Assembly (NCBI RefSeq): GCF_016432865.1
Contig: NC_067402.1
Span: forward strand, 223,510,001 to 223,574,000
Length of the DNA stretch: 64,000 bases
From: Antechinus flavipes
Taxonomy: Eukaryota
Direction: 5' to 3'
The notes below the pieces were generated by a model, which was not told the DNA's origin, made no database searches, and saw only the letters and a list, made by a program, of their open reading frames with translations. Position numbers and translations under genes: made by a program. Shown piece after piece: positions 62,980 through 64,000 of this stretch. The stretch's first letter is position 1, and each line of letters opens with the position of its first letter.

Positions 62980-64000
62980 TCTGACACTGGTCTCTCAGTA
63001 ACTTCATCTCCTCAAAATTTCTATTTGCATTCTACTTGTGCTACTTAGAGAGTTGGTCATATGTAGATTCATCATCTACAATATGGTAGATCTTATATTC
63101 CTGAATTCCCCAAATTCTTCATTCCTGTTCTGACTTCACTTCCCTACTTGACTTCCTCAACTTTACTTCCATATCATCCTTGATTTGCCCTTCTCCTAAT
63201 TTGCCTGTTTTTTGTTGCATCTCTCAAAGGCTTCCAAACCGATATGTCATCCTTGAATCACCACTCTTTCCTAGCAATCTAATCAGGTGCTCAGTCCTAT
63301 CAATTCTATCTTTGTAATATCACTAGGATATGGCCCATTTTCTACATTGCCCTCCTCACTTTGTGCCTATACTATTTCAAGAGCTTTCTGGCCAGATATC
63401 AAACTGGTCTTTCTAAATGCGGATCCAACAATGTCCTCTCCAGGGTAGAATATAAAATCCTTTATTTAGGACTTAAAGCTGTAAAGTATGGGCTAGCTCC
63501 CTGGAGGGCTTCAGGGTCAGCCAAAGGTCTTTAGGGGAAGAAGTGAAGAGTATATGCAAGCTTGCCAAAGATTTCTCCTGCATTCTGGAGTCCAGAATCA
63601 CCAGCCTCTCTCCTCTTCCTGCTGCCCAGTGACTCTGCCTCTCTTCTTCCACCCTCTAATCCTTGCCTCTCCTTATCTTACCACCAAACATTCAGCAAGC
63701 ACCAATTGTGAGAAGAGTCATTTATCCAAATATATACTAATTGAGTCATTGTCTCACATTGAATAGGTAATTAGCCTTAAGTGCTCCGTTGTCTGATTCA
63801 AGTTTACCTTTTTGGAGTTTCAGCCCTCAATATAAAGCTATTCCTCTGCAACCTTGCCCCTTCATTCCCTTCCAGTCTCCTTGTACCTTCTTCTTCTCTA
63901 AGAATTCTCTGATCCAGTCTCACTGGACTCCTGGATGTTTCTTAAACATGATAAACTTATTTCCCAACCTGGTGTTTCACTGGCTTGTCCTCCTTCCAGA
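62980..64000 (+). mobile_element. Degenerate LINE-2-like fragments
   Basis: C/T-rich decayed sequence with L2-like motifs (tcatccttgaatcaccactctttcc, aagtcctatcaattctatct, tataaaatcctttatttaggac); recall-based. Confidence 0.45.

Overview
Mammalian genomic DNA, most likely marsupial (Mar1-type CORE-SINE with an RTE-like tail), from the gene-dense ATF7-NPFF-TARBP2-MAP3K12-PCBP2 syntenic block. In order: the last three coding exons and 3'UTR of ATF7 (+); a complete three-exon NPFF neuropeptide precursor (+, 113 aa); TARBP2/TRBP (-), tail-to-tail with NPFF and head-to-head with MAP3K12 across a CpG-island promoter; a complete MAP3K12/DLK (+, about 896 aa); and PCBP2 (-) from its CpG-island promoter to its 3'UTR. 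Six N-gaps all fall inside PCBP2. Gene names and human comparisons come from my recall of the orthologous proteins, not from a database search. Most notable: (1) an alternative PCBP2 terminal exon in the last intron encoding a PCBP4-like tail ending KAEKQRFSPY, bracketed by an approximately 20-bp long-range complementary pair that would loop out its 3' splice site; (2) a 1-nt frameshift in TARBP2 that would remove the Dicer-binding third domain if real; (3) no clear equivalent of the human TARBP2 linker exon; (4) the visible edge of the LF-SINE that gave rise to the ultraconserved PCBP2 cassette exon; (5) a TG/AG tandem acceptor in PCBP2. Most ORFs in the supplied track are chance ORFs or partial exon read-outs.
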